This document shows positions 13,971-27,080 of a stretch of DNA of 64,000 nt, piece by piece; position 1 is the first letter of the stretch, and each line of letters starts with the position of its first letter. The position numbers and the translations under genes are program-made. The stretch is from Octopus vulgaris (Eukaryota), in the NCBI GenBank assembly GCA_951406725.2, contig OX597823.1, positions 100,998,001 to 101,062,000 of the forward strand, in the 5' to 3' direction. The notes beneath the pieces are model-generated. The model had not been told where the DNA came from. It searched no databases and saw nothing but the letters and a program-made list of their open reading frames with translations.

Positions 13971-14567
13971 AAATTAGAAAATGGAGAAACATACTTAAAT
14001 CAATCAAACATCAACCATCAGATGATACCCTATCAATACTTTATTACACCATTACATAACAGCAAAGGCATTATACAAAATATATTGTAAATATAATTAG
14101 ACAAGGAAATAGAAATATAAAATATAATATATAATTATATCATATCTGACAGCTGTTTCGGCCGTAAGGACAAGTATGCCTCATTTAACCTATAAGCCAT
14201 ATAAGGCAGGTATAAATGAGACATTAACAAGGAAGTCCCACGGCCTCTTCAGAGAATTTAATTTATTATAAGTGTGAAAAAAATTTTTTTACATATAAAT
14301 ATAAAAATATAAAATATAAAAACGTGTGCATAGACACTCCTAATACTACACATATATATATACTCATTAATACAATAATACAAAATAAACAAAATATATC
14401 AATATACATTAACAAACACAGTTATTCTACATATTGGGCTTCTAGTTCCAAAACTAACCTACACTCACATTTAAATTTAAATCAAACATATACATAAAAA
14501 ATAATTAAAAAAAACACACAGTTCAGTTCATAAAATTATAAACCTACAAAAGTCCATAAAAATTACT

Positions 14568-14608
<41 letters not shown>

Positions 14609-15333
14609 CAACCATGTCTGTACCAAGTACATCAATCGGACATCTACATATCTATAAGTCTGATTCTTCTGTCCGCTTGATATTGATTATTCTAGATTGA
14701 TTCGATTGGCTTATAGTTTTAAATTTGAATCACAAAAGAAATTTTACGGTTAGTTAGTCAAGAAACGCACATACGCACACGCACATCTACAGATCAATCG
14801 CACATACATACATAATTATATGTATACACACACACATACACTCAAACACATACATATCCACAAACACAGTCAAACACATAAATAAATAAATAATAAAAGA
14901 GGTATAATCGTAACTATGCAGCCATCAAGCCTCTCCAAAACGACAACAATGCCGCTATATTAACTAAGAAGATCCACTCACATATTTCCATAAAATATTT
15001 GTTATAAAGATAGATATATTTATATATCAAGACATAGAATGTAATTTTTCATAAGGTACACAATTTTTATGCCACCGTATTTTTTTAATCATAGTATTAC
15101 ATAACATAACGTTTACTGATTTCACCGTAATTTGCTATAAACAAATGTACGCTAAGTTATAAAGTATAGATTAAACATTTTTGTTTGACTATCAATAGAC
15201 ATAGAAACATACATATACTAAATTGACATCGGTTTATAGCAATTATATTATAAGAGATTAATTGTAAGAAGTCAAAATACGGAAATATTCTGGGATATGT
15301 AAACAAACCAGACAAGACAAAAATTCTTTATAG

Positions 15334-15335
<2 letters not shown>
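13967..15335 (-). mobile_element. Second, diverged Penelope-like pLTR copy (paralog of ~10199-11430)
   Basis: Same terminus (tacaaaattaga..atggagaaacat), collinear blocks, hammerhead, (TA)n flanks. Confidence 0.75.
14146..14254 (-). ncRNA. Type I hammerhead ribozyme with 86-nt stem II
   Basis: ct CTGAAGA ggccgtgggac...gtccttacggcc GAAA cagctg TC ag; compensatory changes relative to the 13011 copy. Confidence 0.83.
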
Positions 15336-15387
<52 letters not shown>

Positions 15388-15577
15388 AAAGTAAATAAAT
15401 GGCACAACGATGTACCGATATTTACTGGAAAATAGCGAACGTAATAAATACGACGCTAATGTATAGCTTCACTGCGTATGTACTAGCAAAAATGCGTGTG
15501 TGCAACAAACATGAAAAAAATTTGTCTTACCTCTAGGGAGAACATCTGAAAAATGAAATACCTAGAAATGGATAATG

Positions 15578-15643
15578 CGGTACCGGTTTCAGATTTTTCA
15601 AAATATGTCTGCCCACATATATTTGATTTATCCTCATCAGCCA
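15578..15643 (-). ncRNA. Type I hammerhead ribozyme with 43-nt stem II, inside a separate pLTR-like unit (~15381-15720)
   Basis: tgg CTGATGA ggat aaa tcaaa t atatgt gggcag acatat tttga aaa atct GAAA ccgg TA ccg. Confidence 0.8.
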
Positions 15644-15795
15644 TATTTCACATGTTGCCACATCTATGCCAGTACACTCGACTGAACGCCAAAACGTTGA
15701 CAGAACGAAAACAGTGAAGAAGTTTCAATGAAAATAGTAATGCAATACGAGAGTATTGCTTTCCAGTAAAGGATAGCCCGTGAGGGTAAAATTAT

Positions 15796-16320
15796 AGGAT
15801 TTTAGTCTAACAAATTGACCCCCAATTCTTTATTTTTTTCTAAGCCTGGTACTTATTCTATCAGTGTCTTTTGGCAAATTGCTAAGTTAGAGGGATGTAA
15901 ACTCGCCAACACTAGTTCTCACACAGTGGTGGGGAACAAACACAGATACAAACACACACACACAATTGGCTTGTTTGCTTTCAAGCCAATGTTCCGGGTT
16001 CAGGCCCACTGTATGGCACCTCAGGGATGTGTCTTCTACTATAGCTTCAGGCTGACCAAAGTCTTGCAAGTGGATTTGGTAGGTGGAAACTGAAAGAAGC
16101 CCATTGTGTGTGTGTGTGTGTTTGTATCTGTGTTTGTTCCCCACCACTGTGTGAGAACTAGTGTTGGCGAGTTTACATCCCTCTAACTTAGCAATTTGCC
16201 AAAAGACACTGATAGAATAAGTACCAGGCTTAGAAAAAAATAAAGAATTGGGGTCAATTTGTTAGACTAAAATCCTTCAAAGCATAGATGCAATCTAATG
16301 ACTGAAACAAGTAAAAGAAA
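15796..16320. mobile_element. tRNA-derived SINE (+, ~15967-16320) preceded by an inverted duplicate of its own 3' part
   Basis: 15796-15966 is the reverse complement of 16103-16276; SINE motifs gggttcaggcccactg and gtggatttggtag..ggaaactgaaagaagccc. Confidence 0.8.
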
Positions 16321-17153
16321 GATAATATATATATATATATACACATGCATACATAGAGAGAGACAAAGAGAGGGTTAGATATATACATATGTAGTACATT
16401 GTATACATTACTCTGTTCTAGCTTTATAATTTTTCCTATCTTTGTATGAGTCCTTTGCAAATCTGTTTCATGTAGCAAACTTTCTGAGTCCATTACAGAG
16501 TTGATGTCCAATACAGTTGTTGTTGTTGTTGTTGCTGTTGGTGGTGATGGCAGTGTTGGTGTTGTTGTTTAGCCCAAGGTAGGGCCTGATTGAGCAAATC
16601 TGTGGTGAAAGGCATTCCAGCCATAATCTTCCAACCAGTTTCTCCTTTTGTATCTCAGATTGCATTATTTGATGTATTCTTCCATTTTCAAAATAGAAGG
16701 CTGAGATTTGAAAGAGATTTAATTGCTATATCAAGCAGATCAAAACCCTGTTGAAACTCCTTCATTATTATATAGTTGTTGTTATCGTTTAAACCCAGAT
16801 TAGCCTTAAGTAGACCTATGATTAAAGGCATTCCAGCAATTGTTATCCCAAGGTATACCTAAAACTAGATTATTTATTGTCCTCTTATTGGAGCTAAATC
16901 TTCAAATTACTTTCTGTGTGATTTGAGGGAGATTTTGTTTCTACTAGCCTGAATTTTCACCTGGAACTTCCCTCATAGCTGACTGTAATATATTGATATT
17001 ACATGAGGTTATGAGGTATAATTGAAATGTAGGGCGTTTTGGAGGTTTCAGGCCAGGTATTGTAGAGGTATTAGGGATAGACAGACACAGTGTAGTATTT
17101 GCAATAAGAACATTTGAATATGTTTGGCTGGATGCAGCTAGGGGCTAAGGAAT

Positions 17154-17685
<532 letters not shown>

Positions 17686-17869
17686 TTGCGGCCAAAATGT
17701 TCAGAATGGCATTGTTTTCATCAGAAAAGTAGGTATAATTTTTTATCAAATTTGTTTTATATTCTATAATTTTCACAGACAATAAATACGATATTATTTA
17801 TTATTGTCTGTGATTTTGGTGTAATTTGAGAGGATAATTGAGAGGATATATCAAACATTGGCAAACTTC

Positions 17870-18230
17870 TTTTCTGCTTCTCCCTTGGCTATACATACTC
17901 ATTTCCTAGCTTCCCTTCTGGCTATCTGATACAGTTCCTTGCTATGCCCACTCTTCTAGGCCAATTTCTTTGCTCCAATGGCCCTCTCTACAGTATTGTT
18001 CTACCATTACATTACCATAGGTCTTGAAGGGACTTTGCACCAGCCACAGGTTTGGTCTGTGGTGTTCAGCTGTCTTGCAGGAATTCCCAGTTGCCCTCTG
18101 TGTCACAAGTCTGTAGCTCCTTCTCTCTCTCATCAAATTTCTCAATGAGGATGTCCCTAATGCTCTGACCATGTAAAGGGTTCTTAATCTTCTAAGTCCT
18201 TCTTTTCAAGATTGATCTGCATCTTGGCAG
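17870..18230 (-). mobile_element. Old RTE internal fragment
   Basis: gggactttgcaccagccacagg..tggtc matches RTE 3790-3825; collinear with ~3615-4000. Confidence 0.65.
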
Positions 18231-18913
18231 AAAAAGAGAGAATGAGTGAGAGAGGTGATGATGATGATGTCTAAACATCAGTTCTGAAAATGAAAATGGT
18301 TGAATGTCTATGATTAAAAGCTTTGACAAATATGAAAATAAAATAATTTTTTTGTTATAAAGTTGTTTGAAAAGTTTCCTTACAATTACCATTTATTCTT
18401 AGCACGTTATGCACCTTTCTAACAAGACTTAAGAAATTTGCTATATCACAGAAGAGAGCAATATGAAGCTGATATTCACACAAAAAATATTCTGGAAGGC
18501 ATTGGGCTTGACCAGATTTTCCTCCCCAGAACTGGAAACTTAAAGGTCAACTTGTTGCTCACATGCAAGAACACAAGTCAGTTGTCAATATTTAAGTTGT
18601 AAAGCTAATATACAGAGAATGTTAGCTTTACAACTCGATCCAAATGTTGCAGATAGAATAAGTTCTATTTCAGTATTATATAATGGAAATTAGTAAGGTT
18701 CAATGTTTGCAAATGGATATGATTGTGTGTGTATTATCAGTATAATTTTATATGTTTTCCATGAATGAATCATCATGATTCAAGTCAGTTATTAACCAGA
18801 ATTCCTGCCTTGCAAGACATGCCAGAGGACCAAGTGTTGCTTGAGACATCTTGAAGGGCAGTATATTCTGTGTGGAATACAACAGGATTTGGAAAGATGA
18901 GAATGAAGTTTAA

Positions 18914-19115
18914 CCCTTAGCATCTAAACTGGCCAAATATTCAACCTGTTTTATCTTCAAAATAGCAAGAGCTGGCCTCTTACACCTGACCTACAATATC
19001 ATTATAAAAATAAACAATTATGTCATTGAAATCTCAAAGCGTTGAGATAATTTAACTAAAAACAATGTGAATAAATAAGTATTACAGTTGACAGAGAAAT
19101 CTGAATACTAAAGGA
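18914..19115. mobile_element. piggyBac-like MITE (decayed)
   Basis: TTAA-cccttagcat...atactaaagga-ttag ends; related to 63109-63566. Confidence 0.5.
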
Positions 19116-20954
19116 TTAGAATTTTACACTACACATTAATAACAGCAATTTGTATGCCAAAAAATATAATACCCAAACACCCATATACCACACACTTACA
19201 CGTCCATTATTATACAAACAACTCATCAAAAATTAATTAACTAAGAATTATATTTCCTCTGTTTTTATTTTAATTTATTTTTTAAAAACTTATTATGTCT
19301 CAGTCAAAAGAGAAACTTCAGAAGTACCCATGTCAGGATCTTTTCCTATGACCTTTCAGGTCTTGGAGTAGTGAGAAGTGAGTAGGTCTGAAAGAGTCAC
19401 AATTCATAGAAACCTGCACACACAAGGAAGCAGAGCATTTAGATATTATTGATTGAAATTTAACTGAATGTTTGCAGTTGAGAAACCTCTTTTAAAGGCA
19501 CCAAGGAAAGTTTAATGCCATGCAATGATTTAAATCCATATCTCAAGAAATAGCAAAGTTAATTTGACATTCTATACATTGTCACTGATAACATTTGGAT
19601 CGACTAGTGCCATGGCATAATGCATTTCCCCAAGCTGTCACATTGTGGATAAACTCTTAATAATTATGTGATTACAAAATAAGCATCTTTTTCCGTGCAG
19701 ATATGTATGCACTGTTTACTAATGTTTTCTTTCCTGCAACTAAAATATGCAGTTGAATCCATTTGTGCATAATTCTGTTGTAAGATAGAATAAAGTGAAA
19801 CTACCACTACTACCCTGTTCATTTCTGTATTCATTTCTCTCTAAATTCATTTCCTTTTAAATGATACATGAAAACTTAAAATAGGAAATTTTTACTAACC
19901 AGGAATTGGGAATTGCAAACAAAGTTACCTGTTTTATTCAGATTTGTTTATGTGGGCAATATGTAATGACATTCACACACAAACACAATGGGCTTCTCAC
20001 AAGGCATTAGTCAAATTAAAAAGATACTTGCCCAGAACTTAGAGGGGAATTAACAGATGTTATTTTCAGGAATGTAGAACAAGGGAATTCAAAGCCACAG
20101 TCTTCAAATGTCATAGTCATTATACTCCTTGCCTATCAAGTTGTTCTTTTATTATATCTTTTCTTTACAGATGTTTGGATGCACTGTTTGATCTGTTCCA
20201 CAGCAGCAGTTTTGGGTCCTCTCTGCAGTTCAGGGTAACAATGAAGTGTCAATGTGAGAGGTGGAGATTGAAGCCAGACAGAAGGCCCTCTCGGCTAATA
20301 ATTCTCCTGCTCTGTCTCACAGAGACGTACATAACACCAACAGCATGACATTATAAATGTTTCTTCTACCGCTAGTCTTGTAAATGATCTTCAGATGTTG
20401 AGTGTCAGGGAGGCAATGACAAGTGCTGGAGACCTTTGGCAATTTGCTGTGCTTGAGAAGATGCACCTAACCAAGTGAAATCATAGCTGTGGTCAGTGCT
20501 GGTAACATGTAGAAGGCATTTGTGCCAGTGACACATAAAAAGCACCCATGCTGAAGTTTATTCTTTCATGGAATTTAACTTTATGAAAACGAAACAATAA
20601 TAAAGAAAGAATGAACAAAATAATTTTTACATAGGGGTTCCCTGAAACATAGAAATTATTTTTAAGTGTTTATATAAGAGTGAAAAAGTTAAGAAATGCT
20701 GAATTTTGAATATGCATTTTTAATGCCTAAAATGTACAATAATCACTGTATATATGGCTGGACACTGCCACAGAGGCAGGTTGAGATGGATGAAAAAAAC
20801 ACTAGAATACTTTCCTCCAATGCTCAGCTGACTGTAAGATAAATGAAGCTATATTTCTTGCTATGTGTAATATCACAGAGCTGAAAGTGCTCACTGTTGT
20901 TACACAGTTTTACATCTCCTGCTTTGTTACATAATCAGTGATGAACACTCCTAA

Positions 20955-21870
20955 CTCCTACCTCTTGGTAACAAAGGGCCTCTCCTTCAAATCGAAAGGC
21001 AGATTGTATGATGCCTGTGTTTGGACAGCTATGCTACATGAAACATGGGCTGTGGCTGCCAAGGACATACATAGGCTTGAAAGAACTGAAGCTAGTACAT
21101 GTCGTTGGATGTGCAATGTCAGAGTGCATGTATGACAAAGTGTAAGCATCTTGAGAGAAAAGTTGGGCATCAGATATGGTGTGCAATAGAGACAACTGCA
21201 TTGGTATGGTCATGTGATACATATGGACGAAGACAACAGTGTAAAGAAGTGCCAATATGGAGGGGAACTTATGGAAGAGATAGACCCAGGAAGACAGGGG
21301 CTGAGGTGGTGAATGTTGGGCCTCACAGAGACAATGACAAGTGATCTAAAACTTTGGTGATATACTGTGTATGAGAAGACCCATTAAGGCAGGTGAGATC
21401 GTAGTGTTAACTAATGCCAGTGTTGCTTAACTGACATGTAAAAAGCAGCCTTCAATCGTTGGGTGATATACTGTGCTTGAGAAGACCTGTCAAGACAAGT
21501 GGAAATCATAATTGTGGCCAATGCCAGTGTTGTTGTGACTGGCACCTGTGCCAGTGGTATGTAAAAGCCCTATTTGGGTACTGAGCCTCACAAAGGCGGT
21601 GACAGGTAATTGAAACCTTTTGCAATATACTGTGCTTGAGAAGACCTATCAGGCCAAGTAAGATCATAGTCATGGCTGATGCCAGTGTCACATAACGAGC
21701 ACCAGTGCTGGTGGCATGTAAAAAGCACCCAGATGTGGTTGGCATCCAACTGTAGAAGCCAAGCCAAATCAGAGTGGAACTTGGTGCATCTCTCTGGTTT
21801 ACCAGTTCTCTCAAACTGTGCGATGTATCCCAGCATGGAAAACAATCATCAAATGACGATGATGATGATC
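20955..21870 (+). mobile_element. Decayed RTE 3' fragment in a pseudogene intron
   Basis: Peptide LLVTKGLSFKSKGRLYDACV matches the RTE at 1710-2387; (gat)n tail at 21854-21869. Confidence 0.88.
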
Positions 21871-23494
21871 TCTGCCTCTTCTCAAACCAATTGCAACTAT
21901 ATGTAAGGATAATTTTTTGTTACCAAACATTATCTTCAAGAAGCTGATATCAGTGAAACCAAAAAGTAAACAGTCATTGTTATTAATGATAAATATTATT
22001 GTGCCAGAGGTAATGACAACAATTATTTTAACATTTGAATCCTTTGCTTAGTTTCTGAAAATAAGTACAGAAACCTATCACACAAAAAATTATGTGTGTG
22101 AATGTGTTACTACGATAGGCATGATAAGTCTCACTACAAAGTGCTTAACAGTTATTTGCCTCACTGACAAGTTACTCCTTTGCTCAATGAAAGATAAGTT
22201 AACAGTAGGGGATCATTAAGACAAGAAGTGACATATGTATGCCATCACTCTACTAGTCCGTTACCATTAACACATGCTTTCTCGTTAGGAACTTCATTGC
22301 TTTTGTATTTCACATATAAATTTACTTAATTATAAATACTTTGCTATCAATAGAATGTCCAGAGTTTTATTATGAGAATATTCCTTAAGATGTACTTTTA
22401 GTAATTTTGATCATACTGCTTCTCTTGAAATTTGTCTTTTTATTTCATTTTTAGAAATTTTTCAACAAGTGATGAATCAGTTTATGGAATGTACATCACT
22501 GCCACTCACAACAGTGTGTTCATGATAACTTGAGGGTCAGACACACGCTTTCGATTTGGGGATTTGAACTCTCCTAACAATTTTTCATTATGGTGGGTGC
22601 AGCAACTGATGTGCCACAACAAATGACTACAAATTACGTGTATGTATTAAAAAAAAAAAACATTCTTCATTTTGGAAATTACTATTTGTAAATCTCACAA
22701 TGAGAGATATTCAGCAACAGTACTTTGGAGTAAAGATTGCTTGCCAGCATAACATGGCATTACTGGTTTAGGACAAATGTTGCTGTAATTTAACCCCAGG
22801 AAACATCATCTCCAGCTGGCTATATGACACGATCTGTGTCCTTATATTTTTGAACACCCACTCTAGCACAACCACTCAGCTCAAAACAATATCTGTGTAT
22901 CACAATTTCCAGGTTATTTCCCTCAGGTGGTGCTGTCAAATTCTTGTTCAAAATATATAGTTTTCAAAGTTAATGATCCAGAGAGGAAAGCGGTAGTTTA
23001 AGGAGTAATATAGGATCCTGGGGTGAAGACACATTATGAAGAAGAGTATGAGATGATGATGAGGGGAGAGTTGTGTCAGTGGTGGCCTGCAATTATGTAT
23101 TTTGTGAGGAGCAGAGGCAGCTGTTGTAGTAGGATGATGTGACGTGTTATTTGAGGTAAATTTGGCTCTGTTTCTAGCGACTTGTGTGATCATAAACAGT
23201 TGTAGTTAACTAAAAGAAAAGTTGGTGGTGGTGATAGTTGTTGTTCTTTACCTCCAGATAAGATCAGCCCTGATCAAACTGTTCTATAATCAAAGTGACA
23301 ACCATCTCATGCATGAGCAACTGCATTGTGCAGTATATTTTCTGTTGATGATGATGTAGGGTGGGATTTGAAGGAAATTTGATTGCTATTTGTAGCTGGT
23401 GATTAAGCTTTACGAAGCTCTTTGTTGAACACAAAAACTAGCTGACATATACTGAATTCATCTTCCTTAGCACAACAACACATAGACCATTATC

Positions 23495-23652
23495 TCTGTC
23501 TCTCTCTCTCTCTCTCTCTTACTCACTCAGTCTCTCACACATTCACTCACTCACTCACTTATTCACTCACTCACTCACTCATTCACTCACTCACTCACTT
23601 ACTCACTCACTCATTCACTCACTCACTTACTCACTCACTCACTCACTCACTA
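23495..23652. repeat. (TC)n plus (TCAC)n microsatellite
   Basis: Direct reading. Confidence 0.95.
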
Positions 23653-24352
23653 GAAATTGTTATAAGAAGAGAAATTAGAAGAGGTATGAATTACTTCTAT
23701 TTCATTACTTCAGAACAGTAATATGATTTAATTAGCTTCATATTCTTGTCTGATGGGGCTAGGGTCATCCCAGGTTAGTGGTTCCAGGTCTACCAGTGTT
23801 CTCCATCACTGACAGTCCTCTGTCAGCCCCTCTGCATCCCCCAAGGTGATGTTGATCATCTAGAGATCTTTCCCAATCACGTTCAGCTATTTGGTGCAAA
23901 GCCTGCCACCAGGCATCTTTCAGCTCACAGCTGCTATGTTGAATGAGAGTAAAGCCCTGATATGATAATCTAGCAGGAGACAGTGGCCTTGTTCATACCA
24001 GTGCATGCGATAAATAGTTGTGAGGCTGGAGGCTGCAAGCTGATGTGAGTGTGTGCATGTTCTTTGTTGGAAACGATTTACTTAAGGAAGGTTACAGTCG
24101 ATGGTGAGAAAGAGTTGAAAGTGTTTCAGTTACATATATAGATATTCTATCATAAGCTTAGTTACAGCAGGGATCAATATTCTTTGCATCATTATTAAAC
24201 CAAATAAACATTTTTATTCCTCTTATTTATTTATCCTAACCATTTATTACCTATCCATAGATCTTTACTTGTTGGAAGTTATAGAATCCTTGGTCCCACT
24301 GATGACATGCCTGGCAGATACCCTAAAACACCTTCACTTGGCCACATGTAAA

Positions 24353-24651
24353 TCCGTGCCGGTGGCACGTAAAAAGTACCATCTGAATGTGGCCAATGCC
24401 AGCGCCGCCTTGACTGGCTTCCATGCTGGATGCACGTAAAAAGCACCAATCCGATCGTGGCCATTGCCAGCCTCGCCTGGCACCTAAAAAGCACCCACTA
24501 CACTCACGGAGTGGTTCGCGTTAGGAAGGGCATCCAGCTGTAGAAACACTGCTAGATCAGACTGGAGCCTGGTGCAGCCTTCTACCTTCCCAGATCCCGG
24601 TCAAACCATCCAACCCATGCTAGCATGAAGGACGGACGTTAAATGATGATG
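24353..24651 (+). mobile_element. RTE 3'-end insertion in the last PIK3R4 pseudo-exon
   Basis: RTE 3' UTR with (gat)n tail; TSD atgtaaa at 24346-24352 and 24652-24658. Confidence 0.88.
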
Positions 24652-24939
24652 ATGTAAACATGCTGCACATTGGAATATGTAGTTGTTGCTGCTTCGTATG
24701 ATGGTGTTGTTAAAGTATGCGAGTTTAATAATGGAAGGTAAGGTTTATGATATTGGAAGAATATTGTCTTCCATCATTCTTTTTGTTGAAAGCAGGCGAA
24801 GAGAAAATGCTATTTACAACTGGTTTATTTAGATCACAAAAAGTGCAAAAAATTGAATAAACATTATATAAGTAAAAAGACTACAATAGTGGTTTTTCTC
24901 TAATTTGAATTTTTTCCCTGTAAGTTTGGAGTTATACTC

Positions 24940-24983
<44 letters not shown>

Positions 24984-24998
24984 CTATATATTGTATAC

Positions 24999-25954
24999 CA
25001 GGGGTGGGCAAACTACGGCCCGCGGGCTGCATGCGGCCCGCCATAGGTTTTCATGCAGCCCGCCGAGAGCTTTTATGAATCCCAACTTCTATGCAGATAC
25101 TTCGTAACTGTTTCAGTTGTACGGTAATTCACAATAGTTTGCATTTTATTTCAGTTCACTGTTTCGCGCCTTCACAAAATTGTCCGCTGTTTGTTTCAGC
25201 TACTGTGAAACGATGAAAAATTTCGAGAAATATTCCCATGACATCATAATAAAACACATTGTGCAAGAAAGATGTTTATGTTGTTTGCATCAACTTACAT
25301 ATGTGAGCAGACTTTCTCCATCATGAAAATTAACAAGGGGAAGAATCGATCACTTCTCACAGACTCAAATCTTCAGTCAGTGTTAAGAATCAGCACAAGC
25401 AACTTGACACCTAATTTTGACAAACTTGTAAATGACAGTAGACAGCTGCATCATTCTCATTGACATTGTTATTTACAGAGCCGCTTTGTTTTTCAAATAA
25501 ATGCTTCAGGTGACGTTTCTAATTTCAGATATCAATTCATATTAATAAACTGTTATTTCTCTTTAAAATCTTTTATTTTGGGTATCCTAGAATTTAAGTA
25601 TAATATTCATCATGGTTGTCCATAATATTAAGAGGTGGTTGTCCACAATTAGTGCAGATTTTACTTGGAAAATTCCGTTCCTGGCAATTTGTAAGCAATA
25701 ACAGGCTGTCCAAAATAACCGAGGTTCCTGTAATAATTTCAACTAACCGAAAAACATGAATCCGATACTCTAAAAAATAAATTAAATCACTTAAACCAGG
25801 AATATTTCACAAAATTTCCTTTCAATCAATTGTGTGTTTATAGGTATATAACCGCCTTTAAAAATATTTTCACTTGATTTTTATAAATGAGGCCCGCCAA
25901 GGTTCCAAAGACGCACTGTGCGGCCCGCGATCAAAAAAAGTTCGCCCACCCCTG
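24999..25954 (+). mobile_element. Non-autonomous hAT (Charlie/Buster-like) deletion derivative
   Basis: TIRs caggggtgggcaaact / agttcgcccacccctg; perfect 8-bp TSD ttgtatac; dimerization-domain remnant FASTYICEQTFSIMK..RSLLTD..L.SVLRI (25272-25463). Confidence 0.95.
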
Positions 25955-25962
25955 TTGTATAC

Positions 25963-26191
25963 TCTTTTACTCTTTTACATGTTTCAGTCATTTGACTCTG
26001 CCTATGCTGGATCACCGCCTTTTGTTGAGGAAATCGACTCCAGGACTTATTCTTTGTAAGCCTAGTACTTATTCTATCGGACCCCTTTGCCGAACCGCTG
26101 ATTTACAAGGAGGTAAACACACCAGCATCGGTTGTGAAGTGATGTTGGTGGGACAAACACAGACACAGAAGCATACACACACACAAACACT

Positions 26192-26245
<54 letters not shown>
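25963..26245 (-). mobile_element. SINE 3' portion
   Basis: tgtttcagtcatttgact..tcgactccaggacttattcttt motifs shared with other copies in the window. Confidence 0.8.
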
Positions 26246-26278
<33 letters not shown>

Positions 26279-26280
<2 letters not shown>

Positions 26281-26706
26281 TAAGCAATTAAGGGTTTAGC
26301 AACGAATTGCCTCACCACACACCGAATTTAGAAATAGCAGTCAAAGAGTTATAGCTATTCTTTCTACTAAAAGGGAGATCTCAGTAACAACACAGCACTT
26401 GAAAGGCAAACACAGACAGGCAAGAGAGAATGAAATGACGGCAATCTATCATACAATTTTAAGTCACCTACGGACGTACGTTTCGAAATCAAGTTTTAGG
26501 AAAGCATAAGAATTAGATAATTCTACCTTACCCAACTTCTTTTCTCATCAGCGTAGGATACTACAATTATGAATAGTTGTATATTAAATTTTGAGATACT
26601 AGAAGGCATCATCTCAACTCAGTGTCAGAGCGAGCTAAAGCATTACCAGTACCACGAAATTCAAAGTGTGAATGAAAGTTTGTGTCACCAGCCCCTTTCC
26701 ACCCGC

Positions 26707-26708
<2 letters not shown>
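26279..26708 (-). mobile_element. Penelope-like pLTR fragment in (TA)n
   Basis: (TA)n on both sides; canonical hammerhead inside. Confidence 0.7.
26467..26557 (-). ncRNA. Canonical type I hammerhead ribozyme with 60-nt stem II
   Basis: cctacg CTGATGA gaaa...tttc GAAA cgtacg TC cgtagg: 6-bp stem I, perfect core, palindromic stem III, GUC site. Confidence 0.9.
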
Positions 26709-26795
<87 letters not shown>

Positions 26796-26829
26796 CATTT
26801 AAATATAAATATATATATATATATATATT

Positions 26830-27056
26830 CCATGTGGCAGCAGCACCTTTATTTGAGCAAATCGACCCCAGGACTTATACTTTGTAGGCCTACTATTTAA
26901 TCTATCAGTCTCTTTTGCCTACCACATTCACTCACAGGGCTTTGGTCTGCTCAAGGCTATAGAAGACACTTGCCCAAGACACCACACAGTCAGACCGAAC
27001 TCAGAACACTGCGGTTCGTAGGCAAGCTACTTATCACACAGTCACTCCTACGCCTA
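26830..27056 (-). mobile_element. tRNA-derived SINE, internally deleted
   Basis: Reverse of aggagtgactgtgtgataagtagcttgcct.. head and cttgggcaagtgtcttct. Confidence 0.75.
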
Positions 27057-27080
27057 TCAATATATATATATATATATACA

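Larger units (their letters stand above)
18403..24746 (+). pseudogene. PIK3R4: Unprocessed partial pseudogene of PIK3R4/VPS15 (C-terminal WD40 region)
   Basis: Exon remnants: 18403-18591 (DLRNLLYHRREQYEAD../PPQNWKLKGQLVAHMQEHKSVVN), 20171-20326 (FWVLSAVQGNNEVSM*EVE), ~22465-22639 (SDESVYGMY..MIT*GSDTRFRFGDL), 24261-24746 (GPTDDMPGRYPKTPSLGH..AASYDGVVKV). These match VPS15 motifs in the right order, with stops, frameshifts and an RTE insertion. Confidence 0.88.

Noticed and set aside
15531-15644. First coding exon of a host gene (MADEDKSN...)
   Set aside because: Overlaps a complete hammerhead in a (TA)n-adjacent unit; no downstream exons or recognisable homology
18775-18905. Possible additional PIK3R4 exon (IQVS...WNTTGFGK)
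   Set aside because: Similarity too weak and no clear splice sites; left uncalled
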